Positions 34,278 to 43,502 of a stretch of DNA of 64,000 nt are shown in pieces (position 1 is the first letter of the stretch; every line of letters begins with the position of its first letter). The notes beneath the pieces are model-generated. The model was not told the DNA's origin and did not search any database. It saw only the letters and a program-made list of their open reading frames with translations. The DNA comes from an uncultured delta proteobacterium. GTDB taxonomy: Bacteria; Desulfobacterota; Binatia; UBA9968. The DNA is taken from positions 160,001 through 224,000 of the forward strand of contig CAWDPO010000010.1 of the NCBI GenBank assembly GCA_963804165.1, given 5' to 3'. The translations under genes and the position numbers were made by a program.

Positions 34278-34406
34278 GGACTGAGTTAAGGAGTCCTGAG
34301 TGCTGAGTCGAAATTAGGAAACCAGGCTGAAAAAGTCAACCGGCGTCAATTTGCCAGCGAGAACAATCGTCTAAGGTCGGTCCTCAGCACTCTTTACTCA
34401 GCACTG
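34278..34406. repeat. REP-like inverted short-repeat element (CTGAGT / CTCAGCACT units) between tRNA-Ala and recN
   Basis: GGACTGAGT..GTCCTGAGTGCTGAGT on the left; TCCTCAGCACTCTTTACTCAGCACT on the right. Confidence 0.55.
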
Positions 34407-34407
34407 A

Positions 34408-36102
34408 TTACTTCCCCCGAACCATCTCCTCGGCATGGCGGCGCGCCTGCTCGGTAATTTTGACGCCGCCGAGCATACGAGCCAATTCGTCGATGCGGTC
34501 TTGCTCGCTCAGCTGTTTAACGCGCGTGAAGGTCCGCCCTTTTTCGACCTCCTTTTCGACGATGAAATGAGCGTCGGCGAGGGCGGCCACTTGCGGCAGA
34601 TGCGTCACGCTAATGACTTGATGATGGGCGGCTACTTGTTTGAGTTTTTTACCGACGATTTCCGCCACCCGGCCGCCGATGCCCGCGTCCACCTCGTCAA
34701 ACAACAGAGTTGAAAGAACGCCCGGCGTTATTACTAACGACTTGAGCGCGAGCATCAAGCGTGAAAGCTCGCCGCCTGAAGCAATTTTCGCCAGCGGCTT
34801 CGCCGGTTCACCCGGGTTGGGCGAAAAATAAAATTCCACTTGATCCATGCCTCGTTCGGTAAGTTTTTTGCCGGCGATGAAGAAGGGCGGTGCATCGGCC
34901 TTTTCCTCCTGGGTGACAAAACGCACTTCAAACGTCGTTTCCGGCATGCCGAGACCCTTGACCTCTTTTTCCATTTCACGCTTTAGTTTTTTCGCTGCGC
35001 GCTGTCGGCCAAGGGAAATTTTCTCCGCGGTTTCCCAAGCCGACTTGCGCGCCTCCGCGAAAGACTTTTCCATAGCGGAGATCTGTTCTTCGCCGTGTTC
35101 CAAGCCGTCGAGCGATGTCTTGATTTCCTCATGCATACGCAAGATCTCCTCTACGCTCCCATTGTACTTGCGCTTGAGTCGCTGAATTTCAGCCAAGCGG
35201 TCTTCGACTTGCTCAAGTGCGCCCGGATCAAAGTGTGCGCGTTCCGCGTAGCGCCGCAGTTGCGCGGCCGACTCCTGCAGTTGCGCCAAAGAGGATTCCA
35301 GCAGATCGACCGTCGGTTGCAGATGCTGATCGATCATCGACAGCTCGCGCAGCCGCATGGCGTATTTGCTCAGCCGGCCGACCAACGCGGCTTCGCCTTC
35401 ATAAAGAACTTCGTCGCCCTCGCGGCACCCTTGGTAGAGTTTCTCGCTGTGCGCCAGTATGTTCTTTGCGGCCCGAAGTTCTTCCTCTTCCCCCGGCTTG
35501 AGCCGTGACTGGGCAAGCTCCTCTCCTTGGGCTTCGAGCAGGCTTTTTTCCCGGCGCCGCTGCTCCAGCGACTCCCGCGCTTCGTTGAGATCCCTCCACG
35601 CCACGGTCAAAACGTCGTAATTTTCTTTCATCGACTTTACCAATGGCGCGTCGTCCGCGAACGCATCGAGCAAACTTAAATGGGTTTCAGGTTGCAACAG
35701 CGTGTGGTGCTCATGCTGGCCATAGATGTGCACCAGCGCGCTCCCCACCTCCGCGAGGAAGCCGAGCGGACAGAGACTGCCATTTAAGTAGATACGGTTT
35801 TTCCCCGAACGATTGACGATCCGTTTAATCACCAGCTCGCCGTCAGTTTCGAATCCGCCGTCGCTGAGCTTGCTTTCGATATCGGATGGCAAGCCTTCGA
35901 ACAGCGCTTCTACGGTCGCTTCGTCTTCCTTGTTGCGAATGACGTCCGAGCTGCCGCGCTCGCCGGCGATCAAGCCGAGAGCGTTGAGGATGATGGATTT
36001 ACCCGCCCCGGTTTCGCCGGTGATGATGTTCAGCCCGGAATTAAGGTCGAGTCCGACCTCATCGATGACCGCAAAGTTCTTGATGCGCAGTTCGCGCAGC
36101 AT
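34408..36102 (-). CDS. recN: DNA repair protein RecN
   Basis: TGETGAGKS, IYGQHEH, ASGGELSR, FDEVDAGIGG and THLPQVA. Confidence 0.97.
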   Translation of the reverse strand: MLRELRIKNFAVIDEVGLDLNSGLNIITGETGAGKSIILNALGLIAGERGSSDVIRNKEDEATVEALFEGLPSDIESKLSDGGFETDGELVIKRIVNRSGKNRIYLNGSLCPLGFLAEVGSALVHIYGQHEHHTLLQPETHLSLLDAFADDAPLVKSMKENYDVLTVAWRDLNEARESLEQRRREKSLLEAQGEELAQSRLKPGEEEELRAAKNILAHSEKLYQGCREGDEVLYEGEAALVGRLSKYAMRLRELSMIDQHLQPTVDLLESSLAQLQESAAQLRRYAERAHFDPGALEQVEDRLAEIQRLKRKYNGSVEEILRMHEEIKTSLDGLEHGEEQISAMEKSFAEARKSAWETAEKISLGRQRAAKKLKREMEKEVKGLGMPETTFEVRFVTQEEKADAPPFFIAGKKLTERGMDQVEFYFSPNPGEPAKPLAKIASGGELSRLMLALKSLVITPGVLSTLLFDEVDAGIGGRVAEIVGKKLKQVAAHHQVISVTHLPQVAALADAHFIVEKEVEKGRTFTRVKQLSEQDRIDELARMLGGVKITEQARRHAEEMVRGK

Positions 36103-36114
36103 AAGACAAAGCGC

Positions 36115-36966
36115 CTAGCGTTCTCCCCATTTCAATTTCTCGCGCAGAATCTCGTAGTAGCTGCGCGACGGAAGTTTGATCAAAGACACCGGCAAACCGT
36201 AATCGCGTGCCTCCACGCGATCCCCGTTATTGAGCCGCACGCCCTGCTGCCCGTCGGGAATCAAAATGACGGTGTCGCCGAACGAGCGCAAAGTCACGCG
36301 AACAGCCGCGTTGCTCGGCACGACGATAGGGCGATTGGTCAGCGTATGGGGACAAATGGGTGCTAACACGATGGCACCGAGCGTCGGCTCGAGAATCGGA
36401 CCCGCCGCAGCGAGGGAATAAGCTGTCGATCCCGTCGGCGTGGAAATAATCAAGCCGTCGGCGCGATAAGTGCATAGGTAATCGTCGCCGACGTAGGTTT
36501 CCAGATCGATGATCCGGCTGCGCGCACCCTTGGCGATGACGACGTCGTTCAGCACGCGAAACTTGCGCGGCCGCTTATTCTTTCCCAAAACCCGGACTTC
36601 GAGGGTCATGCGCTTTTCGACTTCGAAATCGCCCTCGAGGGTCTTGCTCAGCACGGCTTCCAACTCATCCACCGCAACTTCGGTAATAAACCCCAAGCCG
36701 CCGAGGTTGACCCCGAGAATCGGCACCTCCGGTCGATCCACCAAAGGCGCAATGTTGAGCAATGTGCCATCGCCGCCCAGGGAAATAATCAGATCGGCTT
36801 TGGCCGCCATCTGTTTTTTGCTGCAGGATTGCGCCCCGTTGCGCGCCAGGCCGTTTTCCACGCAAACTTTCTTGCCGCGCTTCTTGAGCCACGGAATTAG
36901 CCAGCGAACCATCTGCGCAGCTTTGGGCTCCTGGTACTTAGCGACAAGACCGACGGTACGAATCAT
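36115..36966 (-). CDS. nadK: NAD kinase
   Basis: LGGDGT, LND and DGLIISTPTGSTAYSL. Confidence 0.96.
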   Translation of the reverse strand: MIRTVGLVAKYQEPKAAQMVRWLIPWLKKRGKKVCVENGLARNGAQSCSKKQMAAKADLIISLGGDGTLLNIAPLVDRPEVPILGVNLGGLGFITEVAVDELEAVLSKTLEGDFEVEKRMTLEVRVLGKNKRPRKFRVLNDVVIAKGARSRIIDLETYVGDDYLCTYRADGLIISTPTGSTAYSLAAAGPILEPTLGAIVLAPICPHTLTNRPIVVPSNAAVRVTLRSFGDTVILIPDGQQGVRLNNGDRVEARDYGLPVSLIKLPSRSYYEILREKLKWGER

Positions 36967-36986
36967 CGATGAAGCTCCTGCGCGAG

Positions 36987-37015
36987 ATTATCACACGGCA
37001 GAAAAAAATGTCCAA
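36987..37015 (-). promoter_or_regulatory. Sigma70-like promoter for nadK-recN
   Basis: TTGGAC-17 bp-GATAAT with an extended TG. Confidence 0.4.
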
Positions 37016-37096
37016 GACGGCACAAGCCCTAGCACCGAAACGATCGCTTCCGTTAGCCCATTACTGCGCACAATTCTTTCGAATCGGATCTTTCAT

Positions 37097-37175
37097 CGCG
37101 CTAAGCCGCCGAGGACGCAAAGAAAAATAATTTTCTATTTCTCCGAACGTGGCACGCTTTGCGTCTTTGCGCGAG
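37097..37175. repeat. REP-like imperfect palindrome (GACGCAAAG / CTTTGCGTC)
   Basis: CGCGCTAAGCCGCCGAGGACGCAAAG ... CTTTGCGTCTTTGCGCG in the phnE-nadK spacer. Confidence 0.5.
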
Positions 37176-37201
37176 CTTCTTCTACTCCGATTGAATACCC
37201 G

Positions 37202-38170
37202 CTAGACGACCATAGCGCGTAATCGCGAGCTGAGATGATCCACTAACATAACGAGCGCGATCAGCACCAGGACGATGGCCGCCGCTTCTTGGTATTGGAA
37301 AGTGCGAAAACTCGTGTTCATGAGATAGCCGATACCGCCGGCGCCGATCAGGCCGAGCACCGATGCAGCGCGGATATTGGTTTCCAGGCGGTACAACGTA
37401 AAGGAAATAAGATCGGGCAAAATTTGCGGCAATACCGCAAAAGATAGCATCTGCGAATATCCCGCGCCGGTGGCGTGGATCGCCTCGACAACGCCCTCGT
37501 CGATATTTTCCACCGACTCAGAGAGCAATTTCGCAAGTACGGTGGCGGTATGGATCGCCAATGCCAAGGTCCCTGCGAAAGCACCGAGACCGACCGCCGC
37601 GACAAACAGCAAACCAAGCGCAAGGTCGGGGATAGTGCGCACGAGATTCAAAGCTGAGCGCACACCGTAATACACGAACCGATGCGGCGTCGTGTTGCGC
37701 GCGGCGAGAAAGCCGAGTGGAAACGCCACCAGCAACGCCAGAAATGTCCCTGCCAGCGCCATCTGCAGGGTCTCCAGTGTTGCGCCGATGACGGTCTGAG
37801 GAAAAGTGTTGTCCCACCACCGCTGGCGCATCCGGGCACGATCGTCGTCGAGCGGTATGGGCAAAAGGAGTTCGGTGAATGACAAGTGCTCCGGCAAGAA
37901 ATAATTCTTCGGGTCGGCGAATTTGGAAAAATCAGGCGGCAGCATGCGGCTAAGCGTAACAAAAACCTGCGGGATGCCGTCAAACAGTTCCCCTGGGCGG
38001 ATCTTAGCGCCGTGAAACGACCAGCCGAGAATGAGGGCGCCGAGCGCCACGGCAAGAAAAAGACTCTTGCCGCGCTTTGGTCGCGGCGGTGCGTCGAAGA
38101 GAACATCATGCCCGTTTAATCTGACATTCGATTGCGCCAATTTGCTTCCTCCCGAATTGCTTGAATCCAC
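37202..38170 (-). CDS. phnE: Phosphonate/phosphate-ester ABC transporter permease
   Basis: ETLQMALAGT, RTIPDL, EAA-like VEAIHATGA and ETNIRAASVLGLIGAGGIG. Confidence 0.92.
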   Translation of the reverse strand: MDSSNSGGSKLAQSNVRLNGHDVLFDAPPRPKRGKSLFLAVALGALILGWSFHGAKIRPGELFDGIPQVFVTLSRMLPPDFSKFADPKNYFLPEHLSFTELLLPIPLDDDRARMRQRWWDNTFPQTVIGATLETLQMALAGTFLALLVAFPLGFLAARNTTPHRFVYYGVRSALNLVRTIPDLALGLLFVAAVGLGAFAGTLALAIHTATVLAKLLSESVENIDEGVVEAIHATGAGYSQMLSFAVLPQILPDLISFTLYRLETNIRAASVLGLIGAGGIGYLMNTSFRTFQYQEAAAIVLVLIALVMLVDHLSSRLRAMVV

Positions 38171-38356
38171 AGATTAATCACCAGCAGCCCGTTAGCTTAC
38201 GGACTCACCTTAGCTCAGAACTCAACATCACGACAAGTTATCGGCATCGTCCGCATACGTCCGTTCAGCTAGTTCCCAGACCAAAGATCACCGATCACGG
38301 GCTGCCCAAGCACAAGCTTCCGCCGCAACCCTGACGAATTCGTTTTCCCGTTGCGC

Positions 38357-38384
38357 TTGACACCAATGGAGGGTTTCGGATAGT
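38357..38384 (+). promoter_or_regulatory. Possible sigma70 promoter for the patatin gene
   Basis: TTGACA-16 bp-GATAGT. Confidence 0.35.
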
Positions 38385-38504
38385 TCTCCGCGTCGAGCTC
38401 AGCAGCAGGGCGAAAAGCGAACCCTAGCGCAAAGCTATAAAGACGGATTTTTTGAATGGCGCAAATTGCCGGAATCGCTGAATCGTAAGTCGGATCATTG
38501 ATCG

Positions 38505-40340
38505 ATGGCTTCGCCGAGTATACTTTCATACCTTTGCTGCGCGCCACTTTTTCAAGCCATCGACCAGGCGGTTTTAGTGGACCTTATGCCGCACTTGGAG
38601 TCGGTATTTCTCAGCGGCGGCGAAACCTTGTTTCGCATGGGCGATCTGGACGACTCCATGTACATCGTTCTTTCCGGACGACTGCGGGTGTATCTAGAGC
38701 ACAGCAACGGCTTGGTCGAGGCGATTCGCGAAATCGCGCGCGGCGAAAGCGTCGGCGAATTGGCGCTACTTACCGGTAAGCCGCGCTCGGCTACCGTGCG
38801 CGCCATTCGGGACAGCGAGTTAGCGAAACTGTCGCGTGCTGCTTTTGAGAACACTTTAAGACGTTACCCGCAACTGGTTGGCCCCGTAACGACGCAAATT
38901 GCCAACCGCCAAAGCCAAGGCATCGACGAGACTTTGTCAAAGCGCACAGTCCGAACGATCGCCGTTCTGCCTGTGGGTCGAAGCGTGGCGCTGGCGGATT
39001 TCGCCGTGCGTCTGGCTGACGCACTAAAGATCATCGGCCCGACGCTTCTTCTGAACACGCATTCAGTTGATGTAAGCTGCGGAACAACCTCCATTGCGAT
39101 TATCGAGGACGGCCAAGTTACGGCTCGGCTGAGCGAACTCGAAAGCGATCACCGGTTCATCGTCTATGAAGCGGACGCTGTTTTTTCACCTTGGACTGAG
39201 CGGTGTATCCGCCAGGCGGACCTCATTTTAATCGCTGCCGACACGAGCTCGGTGCCGGCGCTTTCAAGCCTCGAGGTGCTAAGAGCATATTTTTCCGCTA
39301 GCCAGATTACCGCGGACCTCGAACTCGTCCTGCTTCACAACCGAAATCACGACGCGGAAATTAAGACCGACAAGTGGCTATCGGTTTTGCCTGTGAGCAA
39401 TCATCATCATGTGATCACGACCTCGATTGCTGACTTGAACAAACTGGTTCGCCTCCTGACCGGCACCGCCGTCGGCTTGGTTTTAAGCGGCGGCGGCGCG
39501 CGCGGTTTCGCGCACATCGGCGTGATTCGCGCCTTGTACGAGAGCGGTATTCCGATCGACGCCATCGGCGGCACGAGCATGGGCGCGGTCATCGCCGCTC
39601 AACATGCGCTTGGCTGGGATTGGCAAACCATGGCGCGAGTCAATCAGTGTGAATGGCCGCGTTGCGAACCGCAGAAGAACTACACGTTCCCGTTGGTCGC
39701 GTTGAATTCGGGTAAGCGCATGGATCAGATGCTTAGAAGAATGTTCGAGGGCGTGGAAATCGAAAATTTAAAGACTAAATATTTTTGCGTGTCCACGAAT
39801 CTTACCCGTGCCGACGCGATGATTCACCACCGGGGAATTTTGTGGAAAGCGGTGCGCGCCAGCGTATCGATTCCTGGCGTCGGACCGCCGGCCATTGAAA
39901 ACGGCGAGATCTTGGTCGACGGCGGTCTGATCAACAACTTACCGGTCGACGTCATGAAAAAACTTTGCCAGGGTCTCGCTCTCGCCGTCGACGTCAGCGA
40001 GCAGTTGGAGTTCAAGAGCAAATTGACTGAAAGCTATACGCTCTCCGGCTGGAAGTTGCTCTGGCAGCGGCTCAACCCGTTTAGCGAAGAACCGGACATT
40101 CCCAACATCCTCAACATTCTTTACCGCACCACAACCGTCGGCAGCATTCGATGCATCGAATCGGCTAAAAACGAAGCCGACCTCTATCTGAATCCTCCCG
40201 TGAGCAAATTCGGCGTTTTTGATTGGCGCAGCATCGACAAGATCATCGATGCCGGTTACCAAAACACGCTTCGCCGGCTGGAACAATGCGACACCGCCGC
40301 ATTTCCGCGCCATGTGAATCCACAAGTGACCATCGACTGA
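38505..40340 (+). CDS. Cyclic-nucleotide-binding domain plus patatin-like phospholipase (NTE/RssA family)
   Basis: N-terminal cNMP domain (GESVGELALL, PRSATVRA), WTERCIRQAD, and patatin motifs GGGARG, GTSMG and DGG. Confidence 0.92.
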   Translation: MASPSILSYLCCAPLFQAIDQAVLVDLMPHLESVFLSGGETLFRMGDLDDSMYIVLSGRLRVYLEHSNGLVEAIREIARGESVGELALLTGKPRSATVRAIRDSELAKLSRAAFENTLRRYPQLVGPVTTQIANRQSQGIDETLSKRTVRTIAVLPVGRSVALADFAVRLADALKIIGPTLLLNTHSVDVSCGTTSIAIIEDGQVTARLSELESDHRFIVYEADAVFSPWTERCIRQADLILIAADTSSVPALSSLEVLRAYFSASQITADLELVLLHNRNHDAEIKTDKWLSVLPVSNHHHVITTSIADLNKLVRLLTGTAVGLVLSGGGARGFAHIGVIRALYESGIPIDAIGGTSMGAVIAAQHALGWDWQTMARVNQCEWPRCEPQKNYTFPLVALNSGKRMDQMLRRMFEGVEIENLKTKYFCVSTNLTRADAMIHHRGILWKAVRASVSIPGVGPPAIENGEILVDGGLINNLPVDVMKKLCQGLALAVDVSEQLEFKSKLTESYTLSGWKLLWQRLNPFSEEPDIPNILNILYRTTTVGSIRCIESAKNEADLYLNPPVSKFGVFDWRSIDKIIDAGYQNTLRRLEQCDTAAFPRHVNPQVTID

Positions 40341-40350
40341 ACTCAGCGAT

Positions 40351-41130
40351 TTACGCTTGATGATGGTAAATCGCGTCAACAACGGGATCCGTGAGCTCCA
40401 CGGTCGGACCGTCGAACACAATCTGGCCTTGTCTTAAACCGATTACCCGATCGACATATTCCCGGGTCAGCTCGAGAGTGTGCAGGCTCATCAGGGTGGT
40501 AATCCCGTCTTCCCAGCAGATCCGTTTAAGAATATCGAGCACGATGCGCGACAGTTTAGGGTCGAGGCTGGAAACCGGTTCATCGGCGAGAATGATCGCC
40601 GGCTGCTGCATCAAGGCGCGAGCAATCGCGACGCGCTGCTGTTCGCCGCCGCTGAGCTCGTCAGCGCGCTTGTAAGCGTGCTCTAACAGGCCTACGCGCT
40701 TGAGATTGGTCAGCGCATGATGTCTCTCTTCCCCGGCAAAAATTCTTAGCGTGCTGCGCAACACCGGTTGATACCCAAGTCCGCCCGAGAGTACGTTTTC
40801 AATCACCGACAAGCGCTTGGCGAGATTGAACTGCTGAAAGATCATGCCGATCTTGCAGCGCAAACGGCGCAAATCGGTGGCATCAAGCTTTAGAACGTCA
40901 ATCTGTGCACCGTTCAAATCACCGGTTAGGAGCCCGTGGGGAACCCGAATCTCCCCGGAACGGGCCTCGACCAGCCGGTTGATGCATCGCAGCAACGTCG
41001 ACTTTCCGGATCCGCTCAGTCCGATCACGCCGACAAATTCGCCGTGCTCAATCCGCAGACTAACGTCGCGCAGCACCGGCGCGGCGGCATCGTACGACTG
41101 ACAGAGATCCTTGATCTCGAGAATGGTCAC
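40351..41130 (-). CDS. phnC: Phosphonate ABC transporter ATP-binding protein
   Basis: GLSGSGKS, IFQQFNL, LSGGEQQRV and LADEPVSSLDP. Confidence 0.92.
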   Translation of the reverse strand: MTILEIKDLCQSYDAAAPVLRDVSLRIEHGEFVGVIGLSGSGKSTLLRCINRLVEARSGEIRVPHGLLTGDLNGAQIDVLKLDATDLRRLRCKIGMIFQQFNLAKRLSVIENVLSGGLGYQPVLRSTLRIFAGEERHHALTNLKRVGLLEHAYKRADELSGGEQQRVAIARALMQQPAIILADEPVSSLDPKLSRIVLDILKRICWEDGITTLMSLHTLELTREYVDRVIGLRQGQIVFDGPTVELTDPVVDAIYHHQA

Positions 41131-42041
41131 GGGCGTTGTTTCTGAAGAGTTTCTTTGATGGGAATACCGGCCTCGATGAAAGCCTGGCGCACCGGATCGT
41201 AATCCTTGTCGGTAGCGGGAACAAAGCCGTCGATTTGATAGAGCTCGCGCAGCATTTGTTTTCCCTTGGCGTCGCGGCTGAGATCGACAAAAATCTCTTC
41301 GATTTTTTTAACAATACGCGGATCGAGGCTACCGCTAACAACCAGATTATCGGCAGGAATCGGTTCCGAATACGCGATGGCGCGAATTTTTTTCACGTCT
41401 TCTGGATTTTTCAGATAGCGCATCCAGGCCGTGTCCTTGCTGTCCGGCGAGTTGGCATACGTCGCGCCGGCATCGACTTTGCCATTGAGCACCGCGAGAA
41501 CGGTGGCGTCGTGCCCGCCAGAATGGAGAATCTGTTTAAAATCCCGCACCGGGTCAATGCCGCGCTCCTTGAGCATTTTGCGCGGGAAAACATGTCCGGT
41601 GGTTGACAGCGAATCGCCGAACGCGAATGTCTTGCCACGCAGATCGTCGAGATTTTTGATCGTGCTGTCGGCGCGCGTGATGATCGCGGCGTAATAGAAG
41701 GGAATCCCTTTGCGCTCGGATTTGAGAATCACTTTGATATCCGCCTCGTTTTTCGCGAGCACGTAGGATGCGGGCGCCAGAAAAGCGACATCGAGCTTGT
41801 TGACCCGCAAGGCTTCGACCACGCCGGTGTAATCCGTGGCGACGAATGGCTGAATCTCCATGCCCAACTCTTTGCGCAGGATTTCCACGATTGGTTGAGC
41901 ATTCTGCATCACCTGTTGAGCATCCTCGGCGGGGACAAACCCCACACGAAGTGTTTTGGCCGTACCACCGGAATCACCGCACGCGTGAATGATCCCCGCA
42001 ACAAAAAATATAAAGCCAATTTCAATGAAAGATTTGGCCAT
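41127..42041 (-). CDS. phnD: Phosphate/phosphite/phosphonate ABC transporter substrate-binding lipoprotein
   Basis: Lipobox IHAC, DYTGVVEAL, GDSLSTTG and GGHDA. Confidence 0.9.
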   Translation of the reverse strand: MAKSFIEIGFIFFVAGIIHACGDSGGTAKTLRVGFVPAEDAQQVMQNAQPIVEILRKELGMEIQPFVATDYTGVVEALRVNKLDVAFLAPASYVLAKNEADIKVILKSERKGIPFYYAAIITRADSTIKNLDDLRGKTFAFGDSLSTTGHVFPRKMLKERGIDPVRDFKQILHSGGHDATVLAVLNGKVDAGATYANSPDSKDTAWMRYLKNPEDVKKIRAIAYSEPIPADNLVVSGSLDPRIVKKIEEIFVDLSRDAKGKQMLRELYQIDGFVPATDKDYDPVRQAFIEAGIPIKETLQKQRP

Positions 42042-42212
42042 CGACAGCACTCATTGATAGATACTGAAAGCGTGTTGAGGGTGCAAACGGCTTGATTTTG
42101 GACGTAAATGGATCAGCCCGTTCAAGCGCCGATTTGGTGGCGGTGTTCCGGTCGATTAATTGGGTGGTTCGGTCAAGGCCTTCTCGCAAGAAACAGCGCA
42201 GGGCGGGTAGAG

Positions 42213-43064
42213 TCAGTTATCCTTTATCTCTTCAAGAAGTTGCGCAGCCTTTTCTTTATGCTTAGCGTCGTCGGAGAACTGGATCGGCAACTCCGGAATC
42301 GACTTCAGCAGAGCACGCGCCTGTGGCCATTGTTCGATGGTGATGTAACTGCGCGCCAGCTCCAAACGCGAAACGATTATGGCGGGATTGAGCCCGACCG
42401 CCTTTTTAAGATATTCGATCGACTTATCCAAACTCCCGGTTGGCACCGAACGGCCGTACAGCACGTTGGCAAACATGCGGCTGGTGCCGCCGATCTCGGC
42501 GAGCTTACGATGCCATACCCCGTAAATGTGGTAAGCCGAACCGTTCTTAGGGTCCAACGCGATCGCTTTTTCGATCTCGTCGCGAATTTCGCCAGCGAGA
42601 TCAAGTTGTTTTGAAACCGGCGATACCATCGCAATATTGCCGATCGCCGCGGCGACCCAAAAATGTCCCCAGGTGGAGTTGGCATCGACTCGCACCGCTT
42701 TACGGGCATAGTCTTCGGCAATGGAATATTCCTTGAGCTTGCGCTCTTTCCAGCCGGCGCCGTTTTCCGCGATCTGATCGCCGATATCGATTTGAGCGCG
42801 CGCCATTTTGACCAGCGCCTCGAAATTCTTGCCATCGATCTGGAGGATTTTCTGCAACTCCCCGATCGCTTCGCGCGGTTTGAACTGGCCATAGAGCCGA
42901 TCAGCGCTTTTATGCCACCGCATGATGTCCGCGCCGTCGTCCCGACAGCAGCCACGTTTGGAATCTTCGACCTTTGGCGCATCTGCCGCGCCGGCCGTAA
43001 CGGCGACGGCGACGAGGATTGTGACGGCTCGCAGTATGTGTAGAAATTTTTGCAGCAACGTCAT
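42213..43064 (-). CDS. Secreted TPR-like alpha-helical repeat protein resembling eukaryotic RMDN (regulator of microtubule dynamics) proteins
   Basis: Signal peptide; GHFWVAAAIG, IEKAIALDP..AYHIYGVWH and YLKKAVGLNP. Confidence 0.7.
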   Translation of the reverse strand: MTLLQKFLHILRAVTILVAVAVTAGAADAPKVEDSKRGCCRDDGADIMRWHKSADRLYGQFKPREAIGELQKILQIDGKNFEALVKMARAQIDIGDQIAENGAGWKERKLKEYSIAEDYARKAVRVDANSTWGHFWVAAAIGNIAMVSPVSKQLDLAGEIRDEIEKAIALDPKNGSAYHIYGVWHRKLAEIGGTSRMFANVLYGRSVPTGSLDKSIEYLKKAVGLNPAIIVSRLELARSYITIEQWPQARALLKSIPELPIQFSDDAKHKEKAAQLLEEIKDN

Positions 43065-43436
43065 TTACTTTAACGCTATCGGCTTCCCCGCTTCATCGAC
43101 GGCGACATAGATCACCTCGGCCTCGGTGACCTTGACCCGATTCCGGGGAGCCTTGGCGCGTTCGGCTTCGACGCCGACCTTGACGGTGATCGAAGTCGTT
43201 CCTTGGCGTAGCACTGACGTATAGAAGCTCACCACGTCGCCGACATACACCGGCGCGATAAACTCGACTTCGCGTATCGCCCGAGTGACAAAGTTTCGCA
43301 CCGCGTGGCGCGACGCTGCGATGCCGCCCGCTAAGTCGATGTGGCTAAGAATCACACCGCCGAATATCGTACCGTGCGCATTGGTATCGCGCGGCAGCAT
43401 AGTGATACGCAGGGTGGCGTCAAGCCGCTCTGTCAT
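43065..43436 (-). CDS. Acyl-CoA thioesterase (YciA/hotdog family)
   Basis: [24 protein letters not shown] and GTTSI. Confidence 0.9.
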   Translation of the reverse strand: MTERLDATLRITMLPRDTNAHGTIFGGVILSHIDLAGGIAASRHAVRNFVTRAIREVEFIAPVYVGDVVSFYTSVLRQGTTSITVKVGVEAERAKAPRNRVKVTEAEVIYVAVDEAGKPIALK

Positions 43437-43502
43437 TATTTAGTATTAATCGATGCGCGGCGGCGGATCAACTATCGCGGCGGGAGATTTTGGCCGATCA
43501 GA

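Noticed and set aside
37150-38470. Sigma54-like motifs TGGCACGCTTTGC (37150) and TGGCGCAAATTGC (38457)
   Set aside because: The GG-to-GC spacing is shorter than the required 10 bp.
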